From NCBI GenBank assembly GCA_902500205.1, contig GCA_902500205.1_4868.1: 64,000 nt of DNA; one strand, given 5' to 3'. Under the pieces are notes generated by a model. It saw only the letters and a list, made by a program, of their open reading frames with translations. It searched no databases and was not told the origin of the DNA. The stretch's first letter is position 1; each line of letters opens with the position of its first letter. Of this stretch, positions 7,811-20,200 are shown piece by piece. The stretch is from Escherichia coli. Lineage in GTDB: Bacteria > Pseudomonadota > Gammaproteobacteria > Enterobacterales > Enterobacteriaceae. The translations under genes were made by a program, and so were the position numbers.

Positions 7811-10800
7811 TTAGGTACGGAACATAAGATTGACCTGGATAATATCAGGCTGTTGCCATCCTCTCTCGTTCACCCAATCGTGCGCAATCGTTAACGTAAG
7901 ATCATCGCCATCCCACGCCACGATCGGCGGTGGGAATAAACCCTGAGCGCCCGTGGTAACAACCGGAATTGCACCCGCCACATCCACAAACGTGTAGCTA
8001 CGGCTGTTCAAAACAACTGGTGTGCCGTAGGTCTCTCCCCCCAATGGTAAGATTTGAATCTTACTATCCGAAAGATCGGTGGTGATTGGTAGTCCCCCCG
8101 CGTCCGTGAAAAGCCAAGAGCAAATATGCTGGTTGGCCATCTCAAGCGCTGGGGAACTCAACACAGCAGAGAAAGTAAACGTACATGGCACGCCTGCGGG
8201 CAGAGAGTGCTGTTTGTGATACACGGTATGTGGTGTTGGCATTAGCACTTCTGGATTTTCTTCAATGTTAACATCCTTACCTTCCGCCTCGACGTTGTAT
8301 AAAAATCTATCTACCGTATCCCATGGGGCGATGTTGACATTAAAGGTCGTTTCTACTCCCGGTGTACCTGGGACGACGAATTTACTTTGTATCACCACTA
8401 TCATCATTCCTGAGGTCGGAGAGAAAGCAGGCGTAGGGATACCCACCCACTCCATTCCCAACGATGCCGCTTCACCGTTCTCATCGGCCGTTACCGTCGC
8501 AATTGTTGTAGGATGTTTCCAAAACGCCCCCGACTTGTTTGCCTGAGTAAACGCCGGCAAAGTTTTCAAGCCTTCGAAACGTTTGGAGACCATCGGTTTA
8601 CCGCGACGCTGTGCGTCAGATACGGTATAAAGCAACTGACTATCCAGATAGCCTTTCGTAGCATCGATAGACAAAGGACCCATCGCTTCTTTACGCAATG
8701 GTGCCAGTCTGCCCGTTGCCGCATCCCTTCCCACTTCCACATCATGCTTATTCTCAACCGCCGCATGTTCCAACAGTTGTTTCACCGCCCCCAATCGCTT
8801 AGCATGTTCGACGTTAGTCTCGACGACTCGCGACGAGCCCGTTTTAACATACCCGATATAGAGTTCCGTTTCAGTGTCTGGATGTTGAATCACGTCCATT
8901 ACGTACTTCGGTGTACCATTTTCTACCTTGGCGTGCAGGTAGAATGTCCGGTTCTGATGGTTTGTTGGAAATGCTGCGCTGAGGTCAATATACCACGTAG
9001 GCAGCTTATAAGTGCTCGAGCCGAAACGCAGGTCAACTTCCTCAGTCACATATACCAGCCAACCTTCAGCTGTTTCCACACCAGCAATGACAACCGATTC
9101 AGTCGGGCCACTAAAATTAGGAGCCGCGACAAAATCTCTCGACGACGTTGCGATACCACCACAATAGACGTAGTCGAGAGATGAGTTGTGTAGCATCACC
9201 TGATCACGATGAGCCAGATAAGCTGGGCTGACTGGAGTGTGTGACGGTGCCATACGTCCAACGCCGTGTGGAGCAGAAGAACGCGTCCAGGTACCATTAG
9301 ACAGCGTAAGACCAACAGCGTAGTTAAGCGCACCCAAGTCGCCAATCAGGCGCAAGGTTAACGTGTGTGGAAGATACAACCCGAACTGCGTACCATCTAC
9401 CGACACCAGTGTAGGTTGTCCCGGCCGGCGTGTTTTTCCTCCCGTTATCTCACCCAACGTAGCATAGTTCAAGTCATAGTCGAGGTTGTTATAGAAGTCA
9501 AACAAAGCCAATATCGCTGCGGGGAATGTTACCTGCCCGTTGCTGATTGTTGGTTTCAGTGTAAAGTAGTAGATATCCAACACGTTAACGTTGTTCACAG
9601 TACGCGTACATGCTACTTGTGCTAACGTGAGCGGTGTGGCCGTACCAATGCCGATGAACCAAACGGAGAACAATGCCTTTCCTGCGTTATTTGCGGCAAG
9701 GATAAATTCCGAAGCATAACCATTCGCAGCGCCTGCCGGTGCACCGTCGATGATCATCTGCTTCATCTTATTCCATTCGGCTTGTGACAGCGTCAACCGA
9801 TCGGCATGAATCGTGAAAGTGCCAGAAACGTTGTGGTAAGGGAATGTTTCTGGCCCTGTGCAATACCAGCCGTTTAACTCTGTACCAGGCGACGCCGGTG
9901 TAACAATGTGGCACATCTGCGACAGATTCTCGTACGTGGTAGAATCCACTACACGACGATTGTTAGTTGGTCCATACCCCGCTTTACCTGAGTAAGTGGT
10001 GTTCGGATCAAACTCAACTTCAATTGCCAAACGGGAACGTGGCTGTGACAACCAGATAAGTCTGGAATTCGCTCCCAGAGTCAGCGGATACGCCATACCC
10101 AGCTCGTAGATAGAACCACGACCTTGGTTTAACGTTACCGCACTAAACCTTCTGGCAGTGAAGTTGTAGTCGCACGACAGGTACTCGTACCAACTCACAC
10201 CGTCGTCTAACGTGGTAATCGTGACAATTGGCATTAGGTCACGATCGCCGGCATGTCCTTGCGAAACGATATATTTGTCTTGCGATGTTGCAAAGGTTTG
10301 GTTATTAGCTTGACCTTCGCCCCACTTCCGGCTCGGAATCCCAATCTCAGCACCACCGTTATAACGAACCGCGGTAAGATCAGCCACAATAGGGAATCGA
10401 TCAGCCCCTTCCAGCGTTACCGTCATTGAACTGCAATCAACAACAAAGCTTGACACCCATTGTTTAAAGCTAATCGTCTGCCCTGTGCTGGAGGCAAACC
10501 AGACTGTTGGCGTTAAACCAACACGAAATTTCAGCCCATCAACACCAATCGCGTGATTACACTCAGGACCATGTACAAAGTTGATTGCATTGTTCCACTT
10601 CGCTAACGCGTCTGCGTAGATCTGTGTAACTGGTGCTGGGAGCGCATCGGAAGGTGCACGTTTCTGTCCCTGTCGCAGATAAACGTTTTCACCCGACGTT
10701 AATATCCCGCCTGTTAACGCATCCGCCACAAACGTGTTGCTACCACCCGGATTAAGTTCGTTGAGTGCGATGCTACGCATACTCACGAAATAGTTACCGG

Positions 10801-12994
10801 AGGTAAGCACCGTACGCAACAGGTAGACACGTTCATTACAAACAATCAAATCGTCTGTAGAAGCGTTTGGAGCCCACGGTGCTGTCGTTACTGTGCCCGC
10901 ACCATTACCGTTCTTGTAATCACCCAACACCACTTTAACAACACGATGATGTTTTGCATGGTCAATCGTCCCATCGAAGATGACCAAGTAGTACGCACCG
11001 TCACTGCCTAAGCAGATCATTGCATCTGTACCGGTAATCACAATAGCAACCAGATTCACCCCAGGATACGCCGACATTCCAGCGGGTCGATAACGTACGG
11101 ACGTCTGCTGCATATTTTCCAGCGTATTGCTTGGCGACACATCGGCATAGGCGTAATAGATAGTCCAGTCACCTGGTGGATTCCCGTTAGAACCGTTACG
11201 GAGCGAGTAAACCTTACCAGACTCGTAACGCGCCAAACCTTTCTGCCAGGTTTGGTTTTTGGTATACCCTTCGTAGTTCCCCTGGACTGGTATAGGCAAG
11301 AAGTTATTGTTGCCGTACGATGATCCGCCGACAGTCCATGCGGGCAACAGCGTAGCAATCTTGTCATTCAGTGTGTCAATCTTTTGTTCAAGCAAGAAGC
11401 CCTGACGCGAAGTGACCATCTTATCCGAGGTAGTGTCGATTGCATCCCACAGTTTAGCCAAACCTGTAACAGACGTGGATGCGTACGGCACGTTATCGAG
11501 ATCTGCAATGGTGTGGGTGTGCGTTGTAAGCGCTTTGCCTGATAGCACGGTACGCAATGCGTTAGTAACTGGCTTTTCTAACGGTCCGGTATTGTTCATC
11601 TTCTCAATACCGAAATCTGCCGCGGTTAAGGTCAGATGCATCTGCCCGTTTGAATCTAATACAAACCCTTTACCGTTGACTGTATACGTGTCGTCCACAT
11701 ATCCGTCGAGTTTGTTCTTCAAGTCAGTAACAGCTTTTTGGGAAATCGCTGTGGACGCTGCAGCGGACGCCGAAAGGTTAGTAATCGCAAACAAACCCTG
11801 CACAGTTGTGGTTGCTGCAGGCAGCTCCGCATTCATGTAAAGTTTGTTTGTTTCTTTACCAGAGCCGTAAATCTTCAACGTGTCGCTGGACTTGAAGTAG
11901 GCGTTTGCTGGAAGTATCTTCACCGAGGTCAAGTACATCTTAACCATATCCGGTGTAACAAGATACACGCTATTATACACAGGTGCAAGCACACCCGCAT
12001 CATAATCGCCCCACTTGTCACCTGCTTTACCCGAGTGAACCCAAAGCGTGTTCAGACCAGCACTGAACTCCGTAGCGATGCCCGGTTCGTTGTTATCCTG
12101 GTCAGCTTTTAATACCAGCGGTTTTGTCGAGGTGATGATGAACTTCTCACCCTTCATGCTGATAACGTGACCAGACGTTGTTTGGAACGTAATCGCGTCG
12201 TTATTCAGAACACGCATACGGCCCAGTAAATCACCCAGGGTATTATCCAGAAGCATGTCAACGTGTTTCTGTTGGATGCCACTGGTAGACATTAACGTCA
12301 CTAGCTCTGCCAGGGTACGTCCGAATGCCTTAGTCGCATCTACGGCTTTGCCGAGTACCGGGAGAGCGCCAATGTCACCGCAGGTGTAACCATGTGCATT
12401 TTTAATCAGGTGGTGTTGATACATTTCGTCATCAAACACCTGCTTACCGTTCTGATAAATCAAATCGGTAACTTCGGCAAAAGCCTCATCCAGCTCGTGG
12501 GCGCGCTCTAAAATACCCAGACGGATATCTTCCAACGCCTTTACGATTTCATCGCGAAGAATCGCTTCTTCGAGGTCTTTTGGCGGGTCGATTGGCGAGA
12601 TAATCGGCGGATATTTCATCAGCTCAGACCAATCGCAGTTACGCGGGTCTTTCATATCTGTCTTAACCAGATACTTGCCGATTTCAGAAGCAGGGATGCG
12701 ATACTGTCGACCAACCGACAACAACTCGTATTCTACCTCTGTGGCGTTCAGCAGCATTATGCTGCCGTATATTGCATCGTTCTCAGCCTCGGCTAATTCC
12801 TGGAAGTAATGTCCTAGGAAATAATCGAGACCTTCTATTAACTTGCGTTTGGTTCCGGTTGTTTTATCGGTAACGGTTAACGTTAACCCGATGCGATAGA
12901 ACGGTGCTTCGACGGGAATGACCGCCGAATAACGGTTCGGGTAAGTAGCGGTACTGAGCGTACCGTTAAACTGCGCCGCATCTTCTCTCGGCAT
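7811..12994 (-). CDS. Large tail fibre protein (about 1727 aa)
   Basis: Shared N-terminal module; THTHTIADLDNV and SVTGLAKLW motifs resembling T4-type long-tail-fibre HxH and G-x-A-x-x-A-T repeats; start moved from track 13039 to internal ATG with GGAG RBS. Confidence 0.7.
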   Translation of the reverse strand: MPREDAAQFNGTLSTATYPNRYSAVIPVEAPFYRIGLTLTVTDKTTGTKRKLIEGLDYFLGHYFQELAEAENDAIYGSIMLLNATEVEYELLSVGRQYRIPASEIGKYLVKTDMKDPRNCDWSELMKYPPIISPIDPPKDLEEAILRDEIVKALEDIRLGILERAHELDEAFAEVTDLIYQNGKQVFDDEMYQHHLIKNAHGYTCGDIGALPVLGKAVDATKAFGRTLAELVTLMSTSGIQQKHVDMLLDNTLGDLLGRMRVLNNDAITFQTTSGHVISMKGEKFIITSTKPLVLKADQDNNEPGIATEFSAGLNTLWVHSGKAGDKWGDYDAGVLAPVYNSVYLVTPDMVKMYLTSVKILPANAYFKSSDTLKIYGSGKETNKLYMNAELPAATTTVQGLFAITNLSASAAASTAISQKAVTDLKNKLDGYVDDTYTVNGKGFVLDSNGQMHLTLTAADFGIEKMNNTGPLEKPVTNALRTVLSGKALTTHTHTIADLDNVPYASTSVTGLAKLWDAIDTTSDKMVTSRQGFLLEQKIDTLNDKIATLLPAWTVGGSSYGNNNFLPIPVQGNYEGYTKNQTWQKGLARYESGKVYSLRNGSNGNPPGDWTIYYAYADVSPSNTLENMQQTSVRYRPAGMSAYPGVNLVAIVITGTDAMICLGSDGAYYLVIFDGTIDHAKHHRVVKVVLGDYKNGNGAGTVTTAPWAPNASTDDLIVCNERVYLLRTVLTSGNYFVSMRSIALNELNPGGSNTFVADALTGGILTSGENVYLRQGQKRAPSDALPAPVTQIYADALAKWNNAINFVHGPECNHAIGVDGLKFRVGLTPTVWFASSTGQTISFKQWVSSFVVDCSSMTVTLEGADRFPIVADLTAVRYNGGAEIGIPSRKWGEGQANNQTFATSQDKYIVSQGHAGDRDLMPIVTITTLDDGVSWYEYLSCDYNFTARRFSAVTLNQGRGSIYELGMAYPLTLGANSRLIWLSQPRSRLAIEVEFDPNTTYSGKAGYGPTNNRRVVDSTTYENLSQMCHIVTPASPGTELNGWYCTGPETFPYHNVSGTFTIHADRLTLSQAEWNKMKQMIIDGAPAGAANGYASEFILAANNAGKALFSVWFIGIGTATPLTLAQVACTRTVNNVNVLDIYYFTLKPTISNGQVTFPAAILALFDFYNNLDYDLNYATLGEITGGKTRRPGQPTLVSVDGTQFGLYLPHTLTLRLIGDLGALNYAVGLTLSNGTWTRSSAPHGVGRMAPSHTPVSPAYLAHRDQVMLHNSSLDYVYCGGIATSSRDFVAAPNFSGPTESVVIAGVETAEGWLVYVTEEVDLRFGSSTYKLPTWYIDLSAAFPTNHQNRTFYLHAKVENGTPKYVMDVIQHPDTETELYIGYVKTGSSRVVETNVEHAKRLGAVKQLLEHAAVENKHDVEVGRDAATGRLAPLRKEAMGPLSIDATKGYLDSQLLYTVSDAQRRGKPMVSKRFEGLKTLPAFTQANKSGAFWKHPTTIATVTADENGEAASLGMEWVGIPTPAFSPTSGMMIVVIQSKFVVPGTPGVETTFNVNIAPWDTVDRFLYNVEAEGKDVNIEENPEVLMPTPHTVYHKQHSLPAGVPCTFTFSAVLSSPALEMANQHICSWLFTDAGGLPITTDLSDSKIQILPLGGETYGTPVVLNSRSYTFVDVAGAIPVVTTGAQGLFPPPIVAWDGDDLTLTIAHDWVNERGWQQPDIIQVNLMFRT

Positions 12995-13027
12995 TGCAAA
13001 CACTCCTAATCTGTAATAAAACGGAGA

Positions 13028-13088
13028 CCGCCCTCCCAATAACGGAAGGGCGGTTTACCTACGGACTACCCGCCCGTAGGCAGTCCGT
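13028..13088 (-). terminator. Inter-fibre-gene structured region, candidate partial terminator
   Basis: Two adjacent GC-rich inverted repeats (accgccctcc/ggaagggcggt and cctacgg/ccgtagg, with an alternative acggact/agtccgt pairing), then a U-rich stretch on the minus-strand transcript. Confidence 0.4.
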
Positions 13089-13089
13089 C

Positions 13090-16000
13090 CTAAGAGGCCC
13101 ACTCACCCGAGTTGTTGCCTTCGTTTCTACGTTCAGTATCCAACGTTTGTAAAATCCAATCCCATGTCCTGGTGGGGATGTGGAATGGATTACGCTTCTC
13201 AATGAGAATCGTTTCGCCACCAGTGCGAAGTTCCACCGGTGTCGTTTCAGTAATCACGAACATCGGATTACCACTACTACCTACGCCATTAATAGTGAAC
13301 TTCGCTTGCAACGGCGGCACAGAACCTTCCGGAGGCACGAACACGATGTGAATTGGCTGCATCGGTTTCGTGCGGGCAAGAGTCCTGGATATCTGAACAG
13401 CTGTTGTCGATGCACTGAAAGGTATAACATTACCCGGAATTTTCTCACTACCCACGATGATATATCCAGGGTAGTTAGAGAGCATTGTCCCATTTACCGA
13501 CACAAAACGCTCAGTTTGAGTTGGGCGATAAGCCCGCATAAAGCCGTACTTCCATTCACCACCGTTAGACGTATAGTCTGCAGGAGCCGACTCAAGTAGC
13601 GGAGCACCACGTTTCTGCAGCCCTTTATAAAACGGCGCTGGGAGTTTACCGTTCGGTGCAAGTTCCGGATAACCCTCACTTGCAGCAGACATCGTGATGT
13701 ATTCCGTAACCGGGTGATCAACGTTATCTCCAAATGACGCAAAAGGTACCGTTGTTACTGTCATCTCCTCGTGGTCGGAAGACTGTCTATCTGGCGTCCT
13801 TTCAATATACGACTCAAACAGTGAACGTAAATAATGGAAACGATTTATATCCACATCTGAGATGATCGGCTGCATCAAACCGTGGTTAATAGTCACGTTG
13901 TCTCGAGTTTCAATACCGGAAACGTGGATGGCTAGCGCCCCACCTTTAAAGTAATCGATCGCATCAAACGGAATGTCGTATTCCATTTCGTAAACCTGCA
14001 CCAGCGGATTGGCTATCAACTTAGAAACCATTGAGATGCGCAGTACCTGCGTATCAACAATGTATCGATAACGTACAAGCCAACGATCTCCAAGCGGCGC
14101 AAGCTCACTATCGGTATGAACCGAAAGAAAATCTAAACACTCGGTAGATTGGCTCGTCAGGTTTTTAATTACCCTCGGATTTTCAAGCACCTTATTTGTA
14201 ACACTGCCCTGCGTGGTCGAGATGATGCCTCCAGTTGCTTGGTTATAAGGAGACCTGATGAAGCCACAATTCAATTCTGGACGATTGCCACTCCATCTCA
14301 GTACCCTAGTCATGCTTTTATCATCTGCAGACGGGGCCATGAAGTTTAATGTGATATCGCGAACGCGAACTGTTTGTGCTTCCGACAAATCAACATCGAC
14401 CACCACAGAACCTTCAAACGTCGCCATCCCTTTTTCTTTCGGGTTGCTTGGTGTAAACCAGCAGTACGGTGATGCGCTTTCTGTGGAGACAACCGCTCCA
14501 ACAAACACTAGGCTTGAAATGGTACTATCAAATTTATAATCGAATAACCCTCGGTCTAATCGAATATAGTGGTTACCAGAAACTGGACTATTAGGGTACG
14601 CATAAAGCCACTGTTTAGGCAACGGATCGACTTTGTTTAGCGGTAACATTTTTGGGTTATCCGTCAACGACCAGTCGGCATTACTCACTCCGTGCGCCAG
14701 ACGTGTTTCGAAGTGCCGTTTAAGTTCGGACGCCATGCCAAAATCAAACGTCGTTTCAAACTCGTAAGTCGTACCTGCAACCAATCCCGTCTCGGGTACA
14801 TCAATATGTCCGATATAGCCGCGTTCCAAGTTAATACCTTCCGTGTCCACAATAGGTTCGGCGCGCGAATATAACGCATCGGTTATCATGTTCACATAGA
14901 GGTAATGCCTTAAACCATTCGGCGTCTTAACAAACTCCTGCAGGCGGGCAACTTTGGTGTTTTTATCCGAGGCCCCAACCGCAAAGTCACCGTCGTAAAT
15001 TGTGAAACGAATTGCGGCTGCTTTAGCGCTATCGTTACACTCGGCACGGAATGCTAAGCAGTGTTGCTTCCACCCCTCCTTGACAGTCGCCTCCAGATAC
15101 CCCGCTTCTGTAATACCCGCACCGATAATTTCACCGTCCAGATAAACAGAAACAGCACCACCGCCACGAACCCAAATCCGTAGTTTACCAGAGTCGCAAC
15201 GAACCCACGTTTTCGCCAAGAGGTTAACGACTGACAAATCACCCATTCCGGTTGTCGTTAAACCAATCTGCGCACCGTAGTTCGTTTCCGGGACGGCAAC
15301 CTCAAACCCACTAAAATCAATACCGTCACCGATATTAATTACCGCGTTCTGCCACGTTCTTTCCATACGGTTATCTGGAGAGAACCACTGGAACATCGGG
15401 GTGGTTTGCAGGTCTATCGAACCAGATACCGTCCCCTCTTTACGTGCACCATTTAACAGATAGAAATAATTCAAATCCGTTACGGCGAGGGTGGTACGTG
15501 TAGATCCCACAGTCCAAGTCTTACCACGCACAGCGGCAAAATCGGTCACGGAATCCTCTTTCGCGTTTGCTAGCGCAGCTGCAACTACGTCTAAACGTTT
15601 TGACAAATCGTTCAGAACGTTCGGGGTAACGCCGCGATTACCCGACAAGCCGTTTAGGTTGGTAGAATATCGAGCGATACCGGGAACTGTTTGAGAAGCC
15701 GTTGGGATCTGTAAATCGGCGAAGTTGTGATGGTGACCTTTATCACTAAGACCGGTAACTGCTTCTGCCAACGCATCAGAAAGTGGTTTATCGACGTCAG
15801 CTGTGTTATCAGCCAAGTCTAAACCTAAATCCTTTTTCGTCAGCGTTCGACTACCAGTGTTCATCGGCTGGTTATTCAGCAGCGTTGTCTTCCTGACGTA
15901 CGAAGACAGGTCGCCCTCATACGGCAAAAGCGCCGACGGGGTGACTGCTTGTCCCTTGACTACATCGCTCGGCTTATCAGTCAGCGTCACAACGCCTGGT

Positions 16001-17220
16001 TCAGAGGTCGTCGCGGGTTTGGCTGTGACCTTCCCGGTGACGGGATCGGCTTTTGACCCTTTACCCGTGAAAGTGATGCCGTTCACCCCGCTAATGTACA
16101 GTTTGTTGTCATCCGGGTCAACGGTACCACCGCCGGTACCAGGGTCTTGTTGATAGCCCATGAGAGCAGTTGTGGTCAGTAACGTCGTGCCATTAAGCGT
16201 CAGCTTATCCATCCCCAAGGCACTGCCAGTCGACTCAATACGTAATGTATTGATGCCTGCTTTCCACTCCATAAACCGGACGGTTCCAGTAGTGTCGGCA
16301 TACCCACACGCCAACACAACAGAGCCATTAGATTTAAGAGTGAATGCCTCAGCAGAGAACACAATTTCGGATTCACCAGCAGGAGAACGGAACAGGGCAC
16401 GAGTACCAGATATCGTCGCGTTAAACACCCCTTTGGATTCTTTCGATACCCATTTAGAAATGTACTTGTCGATATCCGATTGTTGCAGACCCAGTGCACG
16501 GACCTCGCTGGTTAACTGACGCAACGTCTTTCCATACGCCAGGAAAGTATCTGGCGTTTTCAGGTTGACAGGATGCGCACCGGCCTGCGCCGCGGTAGTC
16601 CCATGAGGGTTAGTCGACGCAATGTGTCCGGGGTAGTTAAATGTGGCGATTTCAGTTCCTAAGCCCAAAACCGCATCTTTCAGCTCAGTAAGCTTTTCAC
16701 GAATCTGCTCGTTGGCCGCCCCGGCATCTAACTCCACATCATGCACTGCAGAGGCAACATACTTTTTATTCAGCATGTCTGACCAAGCTACCGCTGCAGG
16801 GGTGGCTGGGTACAGGGAAGGTCGATTACCTAAAAGCAGCCAATCTGCAGCCGTTGGATTGTTGAGTGCCTTAATTAGCTCATCTAACATCTCAATCAAA
16901 CCACTGTAAAACGTACCCCCGAGCATCTGGCCTTCAAAGACCACCGCACCACGCAGTTTAGGGTTAATAAGATGCACCCCGCAAAACACCGGGGTCGTCA
17001 CCGAGTCGTCCAACGGTGTTAAAGCATACTCCAGCTCATAGTCCGTCCCGCGGGTAAGCGGTATGGACGAGCCGGCGAGCCTTACCACCAATCCTTCGAA
17101 AAACGGGCGATGATCTAGCATCACCACCCGATCGTTAGGATTGTCGGAGTCGATGATACGTTCCTCGATGAAGTGACACTCAGGATTTACACCCCGAGGA
17201 TCGTAAGGATACGTTTTCAT
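13090..17220 (-). CDS. Large tail fibre protein (1376 aa)
   Basis: Shared N-terminal module (RGTDYELEY); GHHHNFADLQIP and VPGIARYST motifs; GGAG RBS upstream. Confidence 0.7.
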   Translation of the reverse strand: MKTYPYDPRGVNPECHFIEERIIDSDNPNDRVVMLDHRPFFEGLVVRLAGSSIPLTRGTDYELEYALTPLDDSVTTPVFCGVHLINPKLRGAVVFEGQMLGGTFYSGLIEMLDELIKALNNPTAADWLLLGNRPSLYPATPAAVAWSDMLNKKYVASAVHDVELDAGAANEQIREKLTELKDAVLGLGTEIATFNYPGHIASTNPHGTTAAQAGAHPVNLKTPDTFLAYGKTLRQLTSEVRALGLQQSDIDKYISKWVSKESKGVFNATISGTRALFRSPAGESEIVFSAEAFTLKSNGSVVLACGYADTTGTVRFMEWKAGINTLRIESTGSALGMDKLTLNGTTLLTTTALMGYQQDPGTGGGTVDPDDNKLYISGVNGITFTGKGSKADPVTGKVTAKPATTSEPGVVTLTDKPSDVVKGQAVTPSALLPYEGDLSSYVRKTTLLNNQPMNTGSRTLTKKDLGLDLADNTADVDKPLSDALAEAVTGLSDKGHHHNFADLQIPTASQTVPGIARYSTNLNGLSGNRGVTPNVLNDLSKRLDVVAAALANAKEDSVTDFAAVRGKTWTVGSTRTTLAVTDLNYFYLLNGARKEGTVSGSIDLQTTPMFQWFSPDNRMERTWQNAVINIGDGIDFSGFEVAVPETNYGAQIGLTTTGMGDLSVVNLLAKTWVRCDSGKLRIWVRGGGAVSVYLDGEIIGAGITEAGYLEATVKEGWKQHCLAFRAECNDSAKAAAIRFTIYDGDFAVGASDKNTKVARLQEFVKTPNGLRHYLYVNMITDALYSRAEPIVDTEGINLERGYIGHIDVPETGLVAGTTYEFETTFDFGMASELKRHFETRLAHGVSNADWSLTDNPKMLPLNKVDPLPKQWLYAYPNSPVSGNHYIRLDRGLFDYKFDSTISSLVFVGAVVSTESASPYCWFTPSNPKEKGMATFEGSVVVDVDLSEAQTVRVRDITLNFMAPSADDKSMTRVLRWSGNRPELNCGFIRSPYNQATGGIISTTQGSVTNKVLENPRVIKNLTSQSTECLDFLSVHTDSELAPLGDRWLVRYRYIVDTQVLRISMVSKLIANPLVQVYEMEYDIPFDAIDYFKGGALAIHVSGIETRDNVTINHGLMQPIISDVDINRFHYLRSLFESYIERTPDRQSSDHEEMTVTTVPFASFGDNVDHPVTEYITMSAASEGYPELAPNGKLPAPFYKGLQKRGAPLLESAPADYTSNGGEWKYGFMRAYRPTQTERFVSVNGTMLSNYPGYIIVGSEKIPGNVIPFSASTTAVQISRTLARTKPMQPIHIVFVPPEGSVPPLQAKFTINGVGSSGNPMFVITETTPVELRTGGETILIEKRNPFHIPTRTWDWILQTLDTERRNEGNNSGEWAS

Positions 17221-17232
17221 TCAAAAATCTCC

Positions 17233-20200
17233 TTAATCACGAATAATAAGTGTTCGACCTGACGTGTTTTTCGGATTGAACGTCATCATCTTGGACGGGT
17301 GTGCCACCAGTGGAATTTTACCTGTATCCACTGGTCGGAACGAACTGTATGAATAGTTGCACATCGCGCTGTTCATCTCATTGATCGTTGAACCTGCATC
17401 CACCACGCCAGTAAAGAATCTTGCGCGGTTTAAGCCGGAATAGTTAATCGCATAGTCAAGGAACGTGGCGTAATAACGATTCTTTGTCGGCATCGTGTTC
17501 AGGTTAGCGTAAGTCAAACGCGCTTCTGTGTCGGAACTAAACAAACCACCCACGCCGTGATAAATCGGCGTACTCGGATCGGTAATCAGTTTCGTCAAGT
17601 CGATATAGTCAGGACGGAGACGGGTAGACAAATCCTCAGTCCACGACTCGCCGGTCGACTGCAAGGTGTATTTCAGCGTCTTTGTTGTCGCGGTTAGCGT
17701 CAGCTCAAAGTTAATCGTTTTGGAATCGATGTTAATCGTTCCCACGAACGAAATACCGTCCGCTGTTCGCGCGTGGCTGAAACGCACCGATGGATTAAGT
17801 GCCGTCCAGTCATGGCCGGCACCAGTAACGCCATTCAGACCAATAACAACCTGTGCAGCACGTCCGTAGTTAACCGCGATTCCCGCATACGTGCTCACGC
17901 CGCCTGGAGTGGTAATACGTCCTGCGGTGCGTGCGACGAGTACAGAAATACGGTGCATGAACGTGGCCGAGTGATGGCAACACCCAATTACCGTTTCTAG
18001 CACACTGTCCGCTGTTGCGGTTAAAGGTGTCCACGTTGCGGTAATGCCGTTATTCTGGAACATCGGGAATGTGTTGTGGACAAAACGATAATCGGTTACA
18101 GATAAACTGGTTGTTTTAAACGTCCATTTATCAGCAGCCGGATCGTAGTCCGCTTTCAACATAGGTGTATAGCTGCTAGCCTGCGCGTAACGCCAATCGG
18201 CATCTATACGTTTTGTACCCGGTGCGCCCGTGGACCACACAGGCCCGCCAGTACCGTAAGTAAATCCGAATTCAGCTTGCGTCATGCCCCGACGAATATG
18301 GGCGTTATCATCCTCGATATGCTCGCCTAATTCACGGAACTCACCTAAACGCGTCACGTTGCGGATTTCTACAAAAACCACACCGGTTTCACTGGTGATG
18401 ATGGAACCTATTTTGGTCATCGTCTCAGTTTCTGCCGTGTTTGGATTTTCGTAGATAATGTACTTGCCGTCATCGCCCGCCGCGTCAACATACACGCCAA
18501 ACTCAGCATCTTCGTGCGTCGCTGGGAATAGCTCCGCCAAGTTAAATGTGGAGAGAGGTACTTTGTACTCGCGACCAACGAAATAATCGTTCGCTTTAAT
18601 AGTAACCATCCAGTCGGTGTAAGTGATGCCGTTTTCAATGATGTCCGTGCCGGGTAAACCGTAACGAATAATGTTGATTGAAGCACCAGAGTCGACTGTC
18701 TTCGCAACCTTCTCTATCTCTGTGATGGCGTCCGCCTGTCGGATGACCTCACCGCCGTCTAATGCCAGCGTGGCATCGTCAACCGCGGTGCCGAACTGTA
18801 CTAAACCGAACTCCGTCGTTGTTGCACGCTTAATCCCGAGCGCAGCAGGAGTGTGTGTGTGACCGACGACTGCGTACTTGTCCAGCTCAGCTCGTTGGAG
18901 CGGGGAAATCGGCAATTGCACATCTGGGATGTTCTGTACGTTCGATAAGCCGAAGTTAGTTTTATCGATGTAAATAGAACTCGTCAGTGGCATGTCGTTG
19001 ATGTACGATTTAACAGCAACCAACTTGCCCGTAAACTGCTGATCCAATTTCTTGATGAGTGCCGGCGTTGCGGCCAAGTCCTCACGATCACCGAATTCAG
19101 TAGCCAACAAACGGACAGCCATCAGGCCAAGGTCGTCGGACTCCGGTGGAACAAAAGTACAAATGAACGGAACAGACTGAATACCGTTGCCGTTAATGGT
19201 TACAGTAGCTGTGGATGTTCCGTAAAACAGTCCATCACCACCTGACTCGTTACCCGGCAGGTACGGCCCGACCGTAGTAGGGTCCAATAGTTTCTTACCG
19301 TTGAACTCCAATCCACGGGAATCCGGATAAAGGATGAGTTGGTTAGCCCCACCTTGCCATGTAATCGGATTGTTCCCGGCGTTAACGGTTTGCGAATCGC
19401 GTCCAATAAAACGGATAACCTTCGGGTCAACCGTGAATTGTGCACCCACTCCTTCAGACTCATCGGTACCCACTGCTGACGTTATCGAAGTCAGGCCAGG
19501 CTTCATACCGAAAGTGCCGTTGATAGACTGTGCAGCCGCCGGTAAACGTAAAAGCTTATTCGCCAGCGTTGACAGTTTCGGCAACAGATTGTTAACGTAA
19601 TCTGTCAGCTGCGGTTGCGTTTTTCCGTATACCAGTGTCGCGTCCGAAGCAATACCGTTATTCTCCAAAGCACGGATTGCGCCCCACGAATCGCGATGTG
19701 GGTTATCCTTGCGCGGCACGTGCGTATGTGCCGGTGCATCACGGTACAGCTTATCGACAATCTGGTGATATTTTACCAGCAGCTGGTACACGTCGTTGTT
19801 AACGTCAGGTGCCGGTGCGCCTGGTAATGAACGAATCTGGACGTAATCGTTCTCACCTGCCCACCAGTTTAGGTTGACGCCCGATTTAAACTTCAACCAT
19901 TTTGCGACATCAGTTTTCTGATACCCTGGTGCAAATTCGCTCGGTGGGTTGTCAACGTTAAAGCTGTAGTTAACGGTTTGCTTGCTTGTTTTAACGGTAA
20001 TGTCGTAAACGCCGTTACCTTCGCGTCTGACCACGCTAAGCTCAATATCACCCGCCAACTCGGTATCGGTCAGGCCAGTCGTCAACGTATAGCTGTAATT
20101 AGACGAACCAGAACCAATCGCCGTCGTTAAGGTAAGATAAATCGCGCGTTGCTTCAACTGAAGACGCAGGATACTTGTCCCACCGTTTGCGTAACAGAGC

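Noticed and set aside
8265-12112. Multiple 60 to 220-aa ORFs antisense to or out of frame within the giant tail-fibre genes
   Set aside because: All are fully embedded in long, coherent minus-strand reading frames; they have no RBS and are expected by chance in long GC-balanced genes.
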